From: Amoeboaphelidium protococcarum X5
Taxonomy: Eukaryota; Fungi; Aphelidiomycota
Reading direction: 5' to 3'
Assembly: GCA_023515725.1 (NCBI GenBank)
Contig: JALDTO010000212.1
Location: 186,001-250,000 of the forward strand
Length of the DNA stretch: 64,000 nucleotides
In this document: one piece after another, positions 13,490 to 26,153 of the stretch
Numbering within the stretch: position 1 is the first letter of the stretch
How the letters are laid out: each line of letters opens with the position of its first letter
The notes under the pieces: generated by a model
Databases searched by the model: none
Seen by the model: only the letters and a program-made list of their open reading frames with translations
Told to the model about the DNA's origin: nothing
Translations under genes and position numbers: made by a program

Positions 13490-13731
13490 ACGAATATTCA
13501 ACTCATTGATTATATTAGATAGTATTTAAAATCAATTTTTCATTTTATTTATTGTTGATTTTTATTGAAGGTAACTACTACAAAATTCCTTACTATAGTA
13601 ACTAATGTGGTAATAAGCACAGAAAATTGCAGCCATAAAATGATCAGCGCGATCGTTTCAGTTTCAGTTTCAAACGTTAGCAGATTGTTCTTCCTCTATT
13701 GTTGTACTGTACGATACTATTGCACTTAATA

Positions 13732-16374
13732 ATGAAGGTGTAGTAATTATAATAGAAGTCTAGCGATATTAGATAGCTATTTGATTCCAATTTTTCTGTT
13801 GATGAGCCGTCCATAGCTATCAGTGCAGGTTTGAAGTATTAGCTTTAGTAAAATCCTCAACTGGTCAGTAGCCATTTCGTTCAATTGTTATCTGAAAAGG
13901 TTGGCGTTGTGTATGGAGACAATTAGATTGATCATGAAGATAGATAGACTGTTGGCAAGTTTTATATACAAAAGATGCTTGACTGGCTAAACAGTAACTT
14001 TTAGTCTGTTGTTAAAGATGCAGAGTTGGACAAAGTGTTGATGAAATTGAAGACGGTAAGCAAGTCGCCCTCTATTCAGTCGCAGCTCATTCCATTGCTT
14101 GATAAACTGGCCTTACAGTAGAAACAAAGTCCAGAACATCGCCCAGTGTCAATTATTGGCTAGTAACAGGGATAATCTTACATTGTTCGTGGATTGCCAA
14201 CAGACCGCCAAAAAACTGTCGCTTTGCTGCAGAGTGGGATATTTGGTCGCAATTTCGTTGTGTCGGTGAAGAGTGGTTAGAAGGAGAAATTATAGGTGAC
14301 TTTATAAGATTGTCAGCCATTAGACGAGTAGCCAACCATAGACACCTTGAACTCCGTAGTGACCACAGTTAGAGTTGAGAAGCAGATAAAACTGTTGGAT
14401 CAGAGGCGAATATCAAACACCACAGCATTACCAATCTTTAAAAACTACTCTGATCAAGATCCATTACAGTTATCTCATGCAGAATTGGATGCTGTGGTTG
14501 GAGAATTGTTTATGGTGAGTGAATCTCCGCAACGTCAACGAATGCTCTATTCAGTGTTCATCAAGATTGTTATCGATCTCTACTGCTCAGGCGATGTTGA
14601 TGGTGTTTAGAATCTGCTTGGAGTCTTTATGGAGATGATTGTTCATCCTGATGATCGCGTAAAGAGTTCTTGTTTTGATTTGCTGGTAAATATTGGTATT
14701 CACGTGCAACTTCTTGAAGACACTGCGAAAAGTGGCGATAAAATTGTCGACTCTGGAAATATTAGGATTAATTTGATCATGGATGATCTTGTTAAAAAGG
14801 TGATTTTTCTGCAAGAATGGCTATTGTATACTGGATGCTCAACTGCATTTGTGTGGCACAATGCGCTGAAGTGCTTTCTGCTCTATGTCACTATTAATGG
14901 TTGTGTAGACTTTGGCAAACTGAAGGATATCGATATTAAAGTTATCGAGCATTACCTGCGCTTTATTCCAAAACCTCTTTTAAGTCAAGCGGCTGAAGAT
15001 GTCGTTGTATAGATTCTATGCTACCTCCTTCTCGGAGATGATTACAACTTGAAAGTTCCCTAGTTGAAGTCATTTGGCGGCATTAACTTTATTTTTGATG
15101 TTTACACCAGCTGCTCCAGTTCACTGTCGAGATTTAATCTATTTGGAGTTATTTATCAACACATTCTCTGGGATCTCCGTGTTAATAAATCTGTATTCTT
15201 TTCAGAGCAAGATCAGACTGCCATTTATCACGTTTTGAAAGCACTGGATGCTGCCGACTACTTATCTGATGTTGTGCGTTATGTCCCTGTAAAGTTTGTA
15301 GAGAGATTTGTCAGGTATGTTTATTTGCAGGAGGTACGAAAAGATCCGAAATGGTTCTCTGACAAGGACTCGGAGGCGGATATTTCCAAACCATTCATTG
15401 ATAAGTCGCTCTTTGTCGCCATCATGTACGCGTTTGAGTAATTGGCTAAAGATAGAATGACTTTACCGTCTGGATTACAAGGCTTGTATGAATCTGTGGT
15501 GAACAATGACTCGTTCTCGACTAATAATGAAAACTTTATAATGTCGCTGCTGGAGAGTTCTCATTACATGGAGAGATATCATGGATATAAAATAATCTCA
15601 AATCTTTTGATTAATGTGTCTAGAAATTCAAAGGCTTTTGGTCATTTAGAGAAACTATTCTACTCCTTGGCAGCGTCATAAAGCTATATTGTAAGGGCCT
15701 TGTATCTGGATATTGTCGAGGTGTTGGTTATGCATCAAAAGTAAGTAAGTGATGGTAGTATGGATTCGTTGTTCAAAGTTGTAAACCAATCACTTAATGC
15801 TTTGGTGTCTGGTAATGAAACGCACATTGATAATCTTTCCAGAATGCTTGAGCTAATTTACCGGAATGTGACGGTGTCCTCATACGAAAAAGTGTCTTTA
15901 CTAGAAAGTTTAAACGTTTAATCCTCTTCTGAAAATCTCCTCGTTGGAAAGCTGGTATTCAAAAAAGATCTCCTTCGTTTGGTAGATATCAAGATTCTAG
16001 ATCATATATTTAATAAACTACCAAGAAGTGCCAGCGAGATGTATGAAGATTTACCGTGTGAACTGCATTGGATCAATTATTCCAAAGTATTGTCCGCTCT
16101 GCTCCTCATGATTGCTGAATGCGCCTACGCCAACCTGGAGAGCTCCGAGGTTATTGGAGGGATGAATTACTTTAGGCAACTGGTTCGCGATACGGATGTA
16201 AGAGTGAGTTATAGTGCAAGTCAGATTCTGATAAAGGGATTGAGATAGGAGAAGCCTGCTCAATATGAAGCGATTGTAAAGAAATTTAGCTAGAAACTTG
16301 GCGTAAAGAGAGAAGATTTAGAATCTAATCAGTACGTGTTGCTCCAGATGATAATGAATGTCGGACGTAAATGA
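13732..16374 (+). CDS. Alpha-helical protein resembling plant CLoG1 (conditional loss-of-growth 1) family
   Basis: 880-aa ORF. Motifs FDLLVNIGIHVQLLE, WHNALKCFL, GGINFIF, GGMNYFRQLVRDTDVRVSY..S..L resemble the CLoG1 family as I recall it. Confidence 0.7.
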
Positions 16375-17337
16375 TGTGTTTGTATATTCTCTGCTATTGC
16401 TGCTAAATTTCCAAAACTACCATCTTGTATTTTAAATTTGTACTGATCTGTTAGCATATATACAGCTAGTTATATGACGTAGTATCCATCATTTTGAATG
16501 AAAATTCAATGTTTATCAGCGACCTTTTCAATTTGGTTACTGATACTTTTCGTCTTTCAAAGCGACAATAGAAGGACGAAACGCGCACATAGAATAGAGA
16601 GTCCAAGCTAAATTTTATCTCACACAAATACTGTTCAGTAGTTTCAGGAGTACACTAGGAGTTGTGGTATTGCGGGGCCTGTGTGAGGAATCGCTTCGTC
16701 GCCGCGAGATTAACGATAACGATCTCGCGCATTAATCACGTACAAAGCCTTAACCTTAAGCAAAATTTGAAAATTGATCAACTTTCGAAATTACACCTCC
16801 ATCTTTCTTTTCTCAGTAAGAATGTGCTTTGTAGAATCATTTATAAAGTACTTACGTCAAATCTCTGTTAATAATAGAGACACAAATACAAACATTAAAG
16901 ATGAAAGCGCTTGGTCCTTTTTACCCGAAACTTTGATCTTCATGATCTTGATGACGGTGGGCGTCCTCCATTCCAGTGGATGCCTGGGTCTGAGCTTTCT
17001 GAAATGTTCGTTTTTTAAAAATTTTCTCTTAAATCCTTCATAAGTAGCCTTCCCAAACAAATATTTGATTGTTCCATTTACTTTTTCCATCATTTAACTA
17101 TATTCTCCCGATGAATTTCAGGTGGGAAATATTTGCTTATAACTGCAGCAATCAATTGAAATTGAAAAACACTGTAATTAGTTGCGGTTAATAGCACAAC
17201 CGAAATTGAGTACTTTGCTGATGACTATACTGAATCTTTATTCTCTATTTCAAGAAGGCATGTAAAGCTACCACACAGCGAAATTAGAAAAGTAAAACGA
17301 TGTATTTTTATTACCTATTACGTGTTATCAATCAAAT

Positions 17338-19458
17338 TCAGAGCTGAATTGTGAACTTTAGAGCTTTCGATAAGAAAACCAGCATATCAGCCGTCTGCTA
17401 TTGTTCCAACTGATTAGTATTAGCCCCGTGACCGGATGAACGAATGACTTTGAGCAATAGCGGATTAACCAAAGACGCGTTCTTCTACTGCTAATATTGC
17501 AATTCGGCGATAAACTTGTATGAGTGAGAAGGGACGACACGCTAATCAGAATCACCAGTGATTATTAAAGTAGGGGGATAGTCTACATTGCTCTTGACGT
17601 TATGATACGGAGAATATTTCTAAAGGTACTTGCGTTAATCGTCTACTTCAGGATTTCCGTATTCGTCAATGTGCAACTAGCCAGGAGGAAATTTATGGAA
17701 GCGTAACATGTCGAAGAGTCCAACGTCCGCTATTACCGCACCGAATAACTATGGAGCCTACAGCATCGAGGCCGCGGTCAATAAGCCACCATTACTAGCG
17801 CCATAGATAGACAGTTTGGCAGGTGAAGCGTATCCGCGTGAAATCAGGAATTGAGCTGCGGCCTAGAAGTCATCAAAAGAATTCTACTTGTTAGCTTACT
17901 TACCAGCTTCGTGCCACTTTTTGCCGAACTCACCTCCTCCGCGAATATTGGCCACAGCAAACACGCCATTGGAAAGTTTCAAAAATGATACTATCTCCTT
18001 ACTGAAAGTAGGACTCTGCGAAACGCCAAATCCACCATATCCATATAGTACTGTTGGATTCTAACCGTTCATAATCACGTCTTTACGCGCAATCACAGTC
18101 ATAGGAATCACAGTGCCATCTTTAGACGTGTAATTTAACTGCTTTGATTCAAATGCACTCAGATCGACAGGCACTGTAATATCACGGACAACTTTGACAC
18201 CCACCTCTTCGCCGGACAAGTCAAAACGATAAATCTTCCCTGGGCTCAGATAAGTTGCCTAGCCGATGAACGATTCGTTTTTCTCATAGTTATAAGTTCC
18301 GCATGACATAGCCCCAGCTTCTACCGAGATTTTAGTCAAAGACTTGTTATCATACCTAATAGCGTAGTACACAAAAGCCATTTCTTCCACATATATTGCC
18401 ACAAACTTCTTGTTTTTAACAGGAACGGCTGCAAGCAATGGAAACTCTTATTCAGAGATCAGATCAGCAGACTTTTTGGTCTTGACATCATAAGAAATAA
18501 GCTTTGAATTTGGCGCATCTTGATCCGTTTAAAAGATAAACGTGTCATTGTAGTTGACAATATAGGCAACCAAGTGTCCATTAATTGCATCCAAAGACTA
18601 CACTTTAGGAAACGGCTTGAGGTGCGGGCTACCAGTCAAAGGCAACACTGAGATGTCATTTTTACTTCCAACGCCAACAGAAATTGTTAGAAACTATTTA
18701 TCTCTAGAGAGAGTTGAGTAGATAATGCGATCAGCAGAAGATGCCTTCAAAATTGCAATGTCGTCCTACTGCTTAGTATTCAACTTGTGAAAGTACAGTG
18801 TAGGCGGAGTCTAACTGTCTGCATCTGTACCACGTTCGTACTGACTATAGAAAAAACCAGAATTATCATTTAGCCAAGTTAGAGATGAGAATTTCACGTT
18901 GACAAGATTGTCTGACAAATCTTTCTTACTCTAGGCATCCATCAGTTTCACAGTTACCCAGTCGGAGCCATTCTGACTTAGAGCGTACGCAAAGTACTTC
19001 CCATCATCAGATAGTTAGTATGTATTTAACGAGATACTTCCATCAGAGCTCAAGGTGTTGGGATCGAAGAAAACCTCTTCCTTTTCTTCAAAACTACGCT
19101 ATCTCATCACCATTTCTTGCGCTTTGGCAGGATCGTTCAATCTGAAGTAGTAGTAATCACCGTAATTGTCAGGGCAGCTGTACACCGGAAACCCAGTGAC
19201 ATTTTTCACCAGCTTACTGACCTCGTCACGTCTTGGATACGAGGACAGATAACCATAACTTAGTTTGTTCTAGTCATTAATGAACTGCTAGGTGACAGAT
19301 GAATTCAGTGTTTCAAATTACTGATACGGATTCAGAGGGTCAGCACCACGTTACGCTTTTGGATAGTGCAATTAGCCAGTGCCATTAACCGGAGCCGCGT
19401 GGACCCAAGTACACGTTACCAAGATAGCACTCACTGTCAGGATTTTCTATAATGCCAT
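17338..19458 (-). CDS. Prolyl oligopeptidase (S9A) with N-terminal signal peptide
   Basis: 706 aa. [42 protein letters not shown] (Ser), GDSDQRV (Asp, Arg), SGHG (His). N-terminus [23 protein letters not shown]. Confidence 0.95.
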
Positions 19459-19983
19459 TTCAAATTCTAGTATATTTTGGAGGTGCTTTAAAAGATTATC
19501 TTGGTAGAGTAAAGAGTGAATGAAGATGCAAACGTGATGATACTACTCCATGATACTTCGTGTAACTATACCCGATAATTTTATTGGCTAGCATTTCGCT
19601 CGAAGTGTGACGCGATGAATTTGATAGGAAGTGGTCCTAGACGCGCTTTATATCTGGTGTAACAAAGAACTAAGAAGGCAGATAAAGTAGTGTGTTGAGC
19701 TAGAAAGAGCTGAAGTAGTGATGAGCATACAATTAATATATGATGGCACACATAGCAAATATCATTCCCTTTCAAGGTTTTGTGATGCTTTTTGCCATGT
19801 TCTATATTTAGTGAGAAGTAAAATTGAGTCATTGGATTCTTTATATATCCGTGTACATGCTATCTTTAGCATATATCGATACTATAACGGGCAACCGCAA
19901 GTCTTTACATTGACGCTTTAATAAGCATTTAGAATTTTATTTCTCATCATTCACAATATCAATTAAATACCAAATACCTCATC

Positions 19984-20529
19984 ATGTTGAAATTGTCACA
20001 GCTGTTATTCGGTGGATCCATTGTGCACCGTCTAGTGGTATCATCTATACCAATTGCAAAGTATCTTGCACTTTAAGGCCTGGTGGTTATGACGCCTGCC
20101 TTGTTTCACCTCGCCATCGCTACTGTGGCTGCGCTGCTGACTCATGTTGCACCCTTCATAATCCTCAATGCCTACAGTCTGTACCAGAGATATCGCGGCT
20201 CTGATTCCAAGGCTCTGACTTTGTGGGAGCGCGCTGAGCTTTATCGCTCAAACTTGATGCTACTACTGGGATGGTGGGCGTTCATCACGTATAAATTGTT
20301 CCAGTGGACACGATGGTGCGGTGAATTGGGGATCAATGTGGCAATGCCTGCATTGTCCTTTGGCGCCATTATGATGCCTTCGTTAAATGCTTTGAACCTG
20401 GCATCTACATAGACTTACTCTGCTGATGATCTCTAAATGTGCAGAGATTCCAACATTACAATGATATCCTCAATTTGCATGCTGATTTCTTTTATTTATG
20501 AACTGATTGTTATCAGAAAATATATGTGA
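19984..20529 (+). CDS. Hypothetical multi-pass membrane protein
   Basis: 181-aa table-6 ORF with several hydrophobic segments. Confidence 0.6.
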
Positions 20530-20578
20530 TTTTATTATCTGTCTTTTTTTTTTGTTTTTGCCATGTTGTCTGATCGAT

Positions 20579-21056
20579 ATGATTAATGTTCGTCAAGCGG
20601 TAATAAATTGCCTTGTAATTGTTAAATCACCAACTGTATTCATGAACTGATTTGTAGATTTAGTAAAGCAAACGATGGTCCATCAAGGATTTGACCAAGA
20701 GTCAATGCTAAACGACCGCCAATGTAATGGAGGATGGAGATTAAAGTAGAGCTTTAATTTAAAGACTATGTCGATTGAGCGCGTTGAAGGCACCCGAGCA
20801 AGGATCTTCAAATGAGTAAGAGCCATTACAAGCTTTTACATCGATGAAATAGTTTATGGAATATTCAAAGTAGCTAGACACTGACCAAGTTGAGCCGTTG
20901 ATTAACATAACGCATGAATTTGAAAAGATACACGACACGTTTCGTAAAGTTGGATTAGCGGATGAGTCCCGTGGTTGGCTGGCTGATGGTCAATCGAACC
21001 TCATAAAGCTGGCATTGCGTTTGCAAGATGATCGCTACCATGTTGTAAATAAATGA
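20579..21056 (+). CDS. Mitochondrial Glu-tRNA(Gln) amidotransferase subunit C/F (GatC/GatF-like); intron 20600-20657
   Basis: WSIKDL, RLCRLSALKAP, LDTDQVEPL, C-terminal YHVV match the GatC/GatF pattern. The intron keeps the frame. Confidence 0.65.
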
Positions 21057-21232
21057 TATCTTGCGATAAAGTACACTTATAGTTTAAAGAATTTCTCGTA
21101 GATTCTTCAACCGATCGCTCTTCATATTTTCATTGACTCGACAGTGTGGCGCACTAGTAGCCGTGGGAACGAAATCTTTGTTTCTCGCTGTTAACTTTCT
21201 TTCCAAGATTTAATGAGTGAGTAATTGCGATC

Positions 21233-22877
21233 ATGATTAGATCTGCTGTATTTTCTAGATATCTACCCACTAGCCGGGTTCTGAATCTATCCAAGAGGTC
21301 TCTAGCCACTCCGGTCAGTAGCAGTGATGAGCCCAACTTTATGGAGTCAGTGTCCATCTATTTCGACAAGGTATGTATGTATGTATGTATTCTGTGCATC
21401 AGTCTCTTTAAAGCTATTGTTTGATATAGGCTGCCTCTTTATCCAAGATTGATAGTGCAACGTTGGCGCATATGAAGGCTACCGATGCTGTATTGAGTAT
21501 TACTTTCCCCATCTAGAGAGAAGATGGTTCGTTTGAAGTGATCGAAGCTTATCGCTGTCATGATAGTCGTCATAGACTTCCGGTCAAGGGTGGTATCAGG
21601 TTTAGCACCGATGTCGATCTGCAAGAAGTTAAAGCGCTCGCTGCGTTGATGACGTACAAAAATGCTATAGTTGATGTTCCCTACGGCGGTGGAAAGGGAG
21701 GTATTAAGGTAGGATTACTTCTTGTTTGTTTTAGCTGACTTGTTTGCTTACATATTTACTGTGTATTGTTAAATCAACTTTGTAGATTGATCCTAGAAAG
21801 TACACGGTTCATGAGCTGGAGCGTATTACTCGTCGCTACACTATGGAGTTGATTTAGCGCAATTTCATCGGTCCCCATGTTGATATTCCAGCGCCTGATG
21901 TAGGAACGAGTGGGCGTGAAATGTCTTGGATCTGCGATACGTACAGACAGATTAGTTATACTGATGTTAATGCTCTGGCTTGTGTTACTGGTAAACCAAT
22001 CTCTCAGGGTGGCATTCGTGGTAGACTGGAGGCCACAGGTTATGGAGTGTTCTGTGCCACCTAGGAGTTTCTACAATATCCAGAGGTTTAGAAATTGACT
22101 GGTCTGGATAATAGCTTCAAAGATAAGCGCATCATTATCCAAGGTTTTGGTAATGTTGGTTACTGGAGCGCCAAGTTCTTTTCCCAAGCCGGAGCCAAGA
22201 TTATCGGTGTTATCGAGAAGGATGTTGCCCTACTGAATGAAGATGGTATCAATGTCGCGGCATTGGAGGCTCATAAGTCAAAGACTGGTGGATTTAAGAA
22301 TTTCCCTGGTGCGAAGAATATTGATTCCAACTTTAACTAATTACTGGAACATGACTGCGATATTTTAGTACCAGCAGCGATGGAGATGTAAATCACAAAG
22401 AACAACATGAAGCAAATCAGAGCCAAGATTATTGCAGAAGCTGCTAATGGACCTTTGACTCCAAAAGCTCACGAGTTTTTAATCAGTAAGAACGTGGTAA
22501 TTGTCCCTGATTTGTTGTGCAATGCTGGAGGTGTCACCACGAGCTACTTTGAAGTTTTGAAGAATCTCTCTCACGTCCGTATGGGCAGATTAAATCGCCG
22601 CTTTGACCAGAAGGGTAAGACTTCTATGGTTGCGCTGTACGAGTAGATTGCCGGAAAGCAGCTGGATGAACAGGAGCGTAAGGCTTTGATTAGTGGAGCG
22701 GATGAGAGTCAGCTGGTGTATAGTGGTATAGAAGACACGATGATTACTAGTTGCTAAGAGACTAGATAGACTGCCGCCAAATAGAAGAATATCGATTTCC
22801 GTACTGCCGCCTATCTGAATGCTATCGACAAGATTGCCACCAGCTACCTTGGAAGTGGAATAATGTTTATGCGTTGA
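21233..22877 (+). CDS. Mitochondrial glutamate dehydrogenase (GLUD1-like); introns 21371-21429 and 21709-21785
   Basis: Presequence-like N-terminus, [48 protein letters not shown]. Confidence 0.96.
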
Positions 22878-23041
22878 AGTGAAGTAGATTTGAGTTGATT
22901 ACAAGACGTCGAGGATATGTCTTTTTGATAAAGTATGAAAGCAGTAATAGATGCGAAGTGACAGGAAATATTCATATTTTTATTCCGCTAGTGTCAATAC
23001 ACCTTGCCTTAATTGGTGTGCCAGTGATAATAAGTACTAGC

Positions 23042-23848
23042 TCACTTGGAAGTATTCAGAGGCGGACCAAAGAATGTTACTCCAACAGGCTTACCGATGA
23101 CATCGTTCAGCTTTTGCATGTAATCTTCCAGCTTGAGCCAGCCTTCATTCGCATGGAACTCTTCGACAAAATCAGCACGTCTGATGAGTAGAGTAGCTGG
23201 AAAATAACCAGCCTCGTACCATTCCATCATCTCCAGGCCAGAGAACGGACCTTGAATATCACCCTGAGGATCTTTGTACTACCACAAAGTCTATGGCAGA
23301 GCATTGATTGGAATATCGTGCGTTGGCAAGGCATTAACCATCTCGTTCATGGTGAAAGTACCATTAGCGAAAGTACCACCCATAGCACCAACGTCCCACG
23401 CATTGTTATCCACGTACTTGTTGTATTATTGACGAGAATTACCGCGACCACCGCCTCTGCCACCACGGCCTCTTCCGCCACGTCCACCACGACCGCGATT
23501 ACCTCTCACTTGCTGAAATCCCCCATTGCGTGCCCCAGCAGCTTCTCTTCTCTCTGCCTGATTGGCGCGCTTAGTAGCCAAATCGCTATTCCACCCACCA
23601 CTCTCACGGATAGTCTGCTCTTCTTCAGTCAGCTCTTTGCCATGTACAACATCCTGACTTTGCTCGGCCACCACCACCTTGTAGTCTGCAGCCTTCTTTG
23701 CCAACACCTAATCAGTGACATTACCATCAGCATCGGTACCGCTGTCCTCAGCCAGCTTAAAGTAGTCTGGGCATTCTACCTTCTTGAAAAGAGAGTACAT
23801 GAAATCTAGGGAGTAAAATTTAGTTTCGCTCTATTCTGCCATTGTCAT
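23042..23848 (-). CDS. GYF-domain protein with RGG-rich region (Smy2/GIGYF-like)
   Basis: [28 protein letters not shown] plus RGG repeats. 268-aa ORF. Confidence 0.9.
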
Positions 23849-23933
23849 TACGCGTTATAAAGCTTTTAGTTTGCCACTGTTGGGTATTATTATCGCCGCG
23901 AGAGAAGAGAGAAGAAATTGTTTAACGGCGATA

Positions 23934-24035
23934 ACATTCTAACAGCTTTACTGTATTTTTCACAAATTAAGCGAATTAGGGACAGCAACGGATTTTCACC
24001 GCCGATCAGACTGTTGCGCGCGTAGCCTGGACTGA
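23934..24035 (-). ncRNA. Predicted Fanzor omegaRNA (scaffold through the TIR plus ~15-nt flank-derived guide)
   Basis: 85 nt between the Fanzor stop and the TIR end. Stems GAUCAG/CUGAUC and CGGCGG-UGAAAAU-CCGUUG (G-U pairs). Position matches described Fanzor1 omegaRNAs. Boundaries inferred. Confidence 0.6.
23951..23978 (+). repeat. Terminal inverted repeat (Fanzor 3' side)
   Basis: CTGTATTTTTCACAAATTAAGCGAATTA. Confidence 0.9.
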
Positions 24036-26101
24036 TCATTATAAAGGGCGAGCAGGATCGTATCGAAATGGAACCGGCCTTTCACCACCGTCACCATTTC
24101 TTGCCAGAAAGATGTAGCGAATGTTTCGTGCCGCATTCACATCACGGTGCCAGATAGCTAAGCAATTGTTATTTGGACAATGCTTAATTCTCCATACTCG
24201 TGATTGAACAAGCTCACACTCACAATTACTACATCTTTGACTGGTTCGATACTCAGGGACCAAGCGGACTCTGCAGCGTTTCTTCAGCTCATAAAACAGC
24301 CGCTTGTTAGGAGAGTCGCAGGATACCCAGGAGAAGCAGTGTCAAAGTTGCCAGCGCCATATGCTATGATGGTGTAATGGTCAAACTAACCATCTTGGCG
24401 GAGAGTTAACATACGCGCCAAATTGTCATAGGCCCTTTGACGCTTGGAGAATAGCTTTCTCCTCAGCTTTCACCGCATCTCAGGACGGTAGAAGCTAGTG
24501 AATGCATCTCTATGTTGCAGTACATACCGCAAATGTTAGATGATTCCCAGAAACAAAGTTGATTTAGCGGAAGGAATGTGGGCCATGGCATTAAAGATCT
24601 CTGGAGCTCTTTCATTCCATTCAGCCCGCTTCTTTTCACCTAAATTTTCTCCATTCTCTTCACGCCATCTGGTAGTCGTGTAAACCAGCTCATGCTTTCC
24701 ATTTGCAAACGGCGTCTGCTCGGTTGGAACATCTGGGATTCGGTCATCAGGACCACAAGAAGCAGCCAGAAGCACGCCACGATTGACGTCAATCCCGATA
24801 ACGCGAGTTTCATGTTTACATCCAGTTCTTGCTATCCGGTACCATCGAAAGCAAACCCGCAGCGGCTAGCAGGAGGGGCAGGATACGCAGGACGTAAAAC
24901 GGAATCAGAACTGCCAACACCATCGGATGTTATGGAGTAGCCAAAACGCCTTCTCTGATTTCTATTATTGGAGACCTTGTTTAAATTGAAACAATGTGAC
25001 CACAAAGCCTGAGCATTCATCTGACGAACGTCTGGCAGATTAGCAGCAACATAAATCTCCTTCAGTACATTGGAGGTGATCAGGATGTGCTTCTGCGTAA
25101 ATCCATTTAAAGGCAACAACGCGTAAACGTTAAGCAGAGGACCTTCATTGTTCAGCAGATACTCCTCCTGATACATTTCATGGTTATTTTCAAATGTACG
25201 AAGGATACGCCACATGGATTTCAGATACAGATGCCAGTTGTTCTGAAGACTAGGCTTGTCCATTGGAAGATTGCAAAGGATGTACTAACGCGCGCGCGTC
25301 TCGTAATAGTCCGGGTAATATACCACTAATTCTGCGATACCACAATTATCAATGATTTCTGCAGGATAAGGAGGCATTTCTTCAATATCTTCAGGCGGAT
25401 CTATCAAGGCGAAGACGTAAATAGCAAGAGTATTAAAATCATCTTCTTCCAAACAGAAGGCGAGATGCTTTCGAAACTTGTGGCGCAGCTATTGTTTCAG
25501 CCTTGATGGCAAATTTGTGGTTATATGTCTAGCGCAATCGTCATTGTGAGCTGAAGCCAAGGTAGTAACCATGTTTGAGTAGCCTCTCCTGTCACACCAA
25601 AACAAGTCAACCGGACGAGGAGGAACATAGTGTGCTTCAATATACTCGTTTAAAGCCGCCCAGTTGCAGGTATTACGATTAAGAAGATCACGCCGCCTAG
25701 GATTAGCAATCAAAGAGCTGAAGAAGTTACACATCTATCCATTTGCGCCAAAGCGGATGTCTGGCATTGGAGTGTCAGGATTGTATACCAAATGATTAAG
25801 CACGAAGGACAGAAGAAGTCTGCCTGCCTCTACTTTGAGATCAGTACAACGCGAAACCAAATCGCCGATCTCTTGCTTTACCGCGTCAATTTACAGCCAC
25901 TTAGGCTCCAGCCACAGGTATCCCCAAGTTTTCTTGTGGTTTGGCAGCATTTCGTGCACGAGGGACATAATTGGGACACAGTTTACTGGATGAGCGCTTG
26001 TGATCGTCACGACCACATGCTTTACAATGTTCTTCTCGTTGACGTTTACGCGGCGGTTAGGCAGCACCGATATCTGCTACCTCTATAGGGGGATCTGCCA
26101 T
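24036..26101 (-). pseudogene. Fanzor1 (eukaryotic TnpB-family RuvC RNA-guided nuclease), disrupted
   Basis: N-terminal CKACGRDDHKRSSSKLC, YALLP, ITSDGV, RuvC-I VIGID (24788), IIAYGAGNF, RuvC-II VPEYRTSQ (24252), Zn finger CSNC...CPNNNC, RuvC-III HRDVNAARNI (24141). Frameshifts at ~25920, ~24815 and ~24315, TGA at 24470. Confidence 0.92.
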
Positions 26102-26145
26102 TTCTGATTTTATTGAAGAAATGAAGTGAAACCTGTCCGATTGTG

Positions 26146-26153
26146 CTTTTATA
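26146..26153 (-). promoter_or_regulatory. TATA box upstream of Fanzor ATG
   Basis: TATAAAAG about 45 nt upstream of ATG 26101. Confidence 0.4.

Noticed and set aside
16660-17100. Short ORFs on both strands between the CLoG1-like and POP genes
   Set aside because: No recognisable motifs or consistent gene model.
23976-24004. Helitron-like 3' end (hairpin followed by CTAA|T) downstream of Fanzor
   Set aside because: The CTAA overlaps the inner edge of a 28-bp TIR that has a partner at 26672-26699 with TA duplications. A TIR element explains the ends better.
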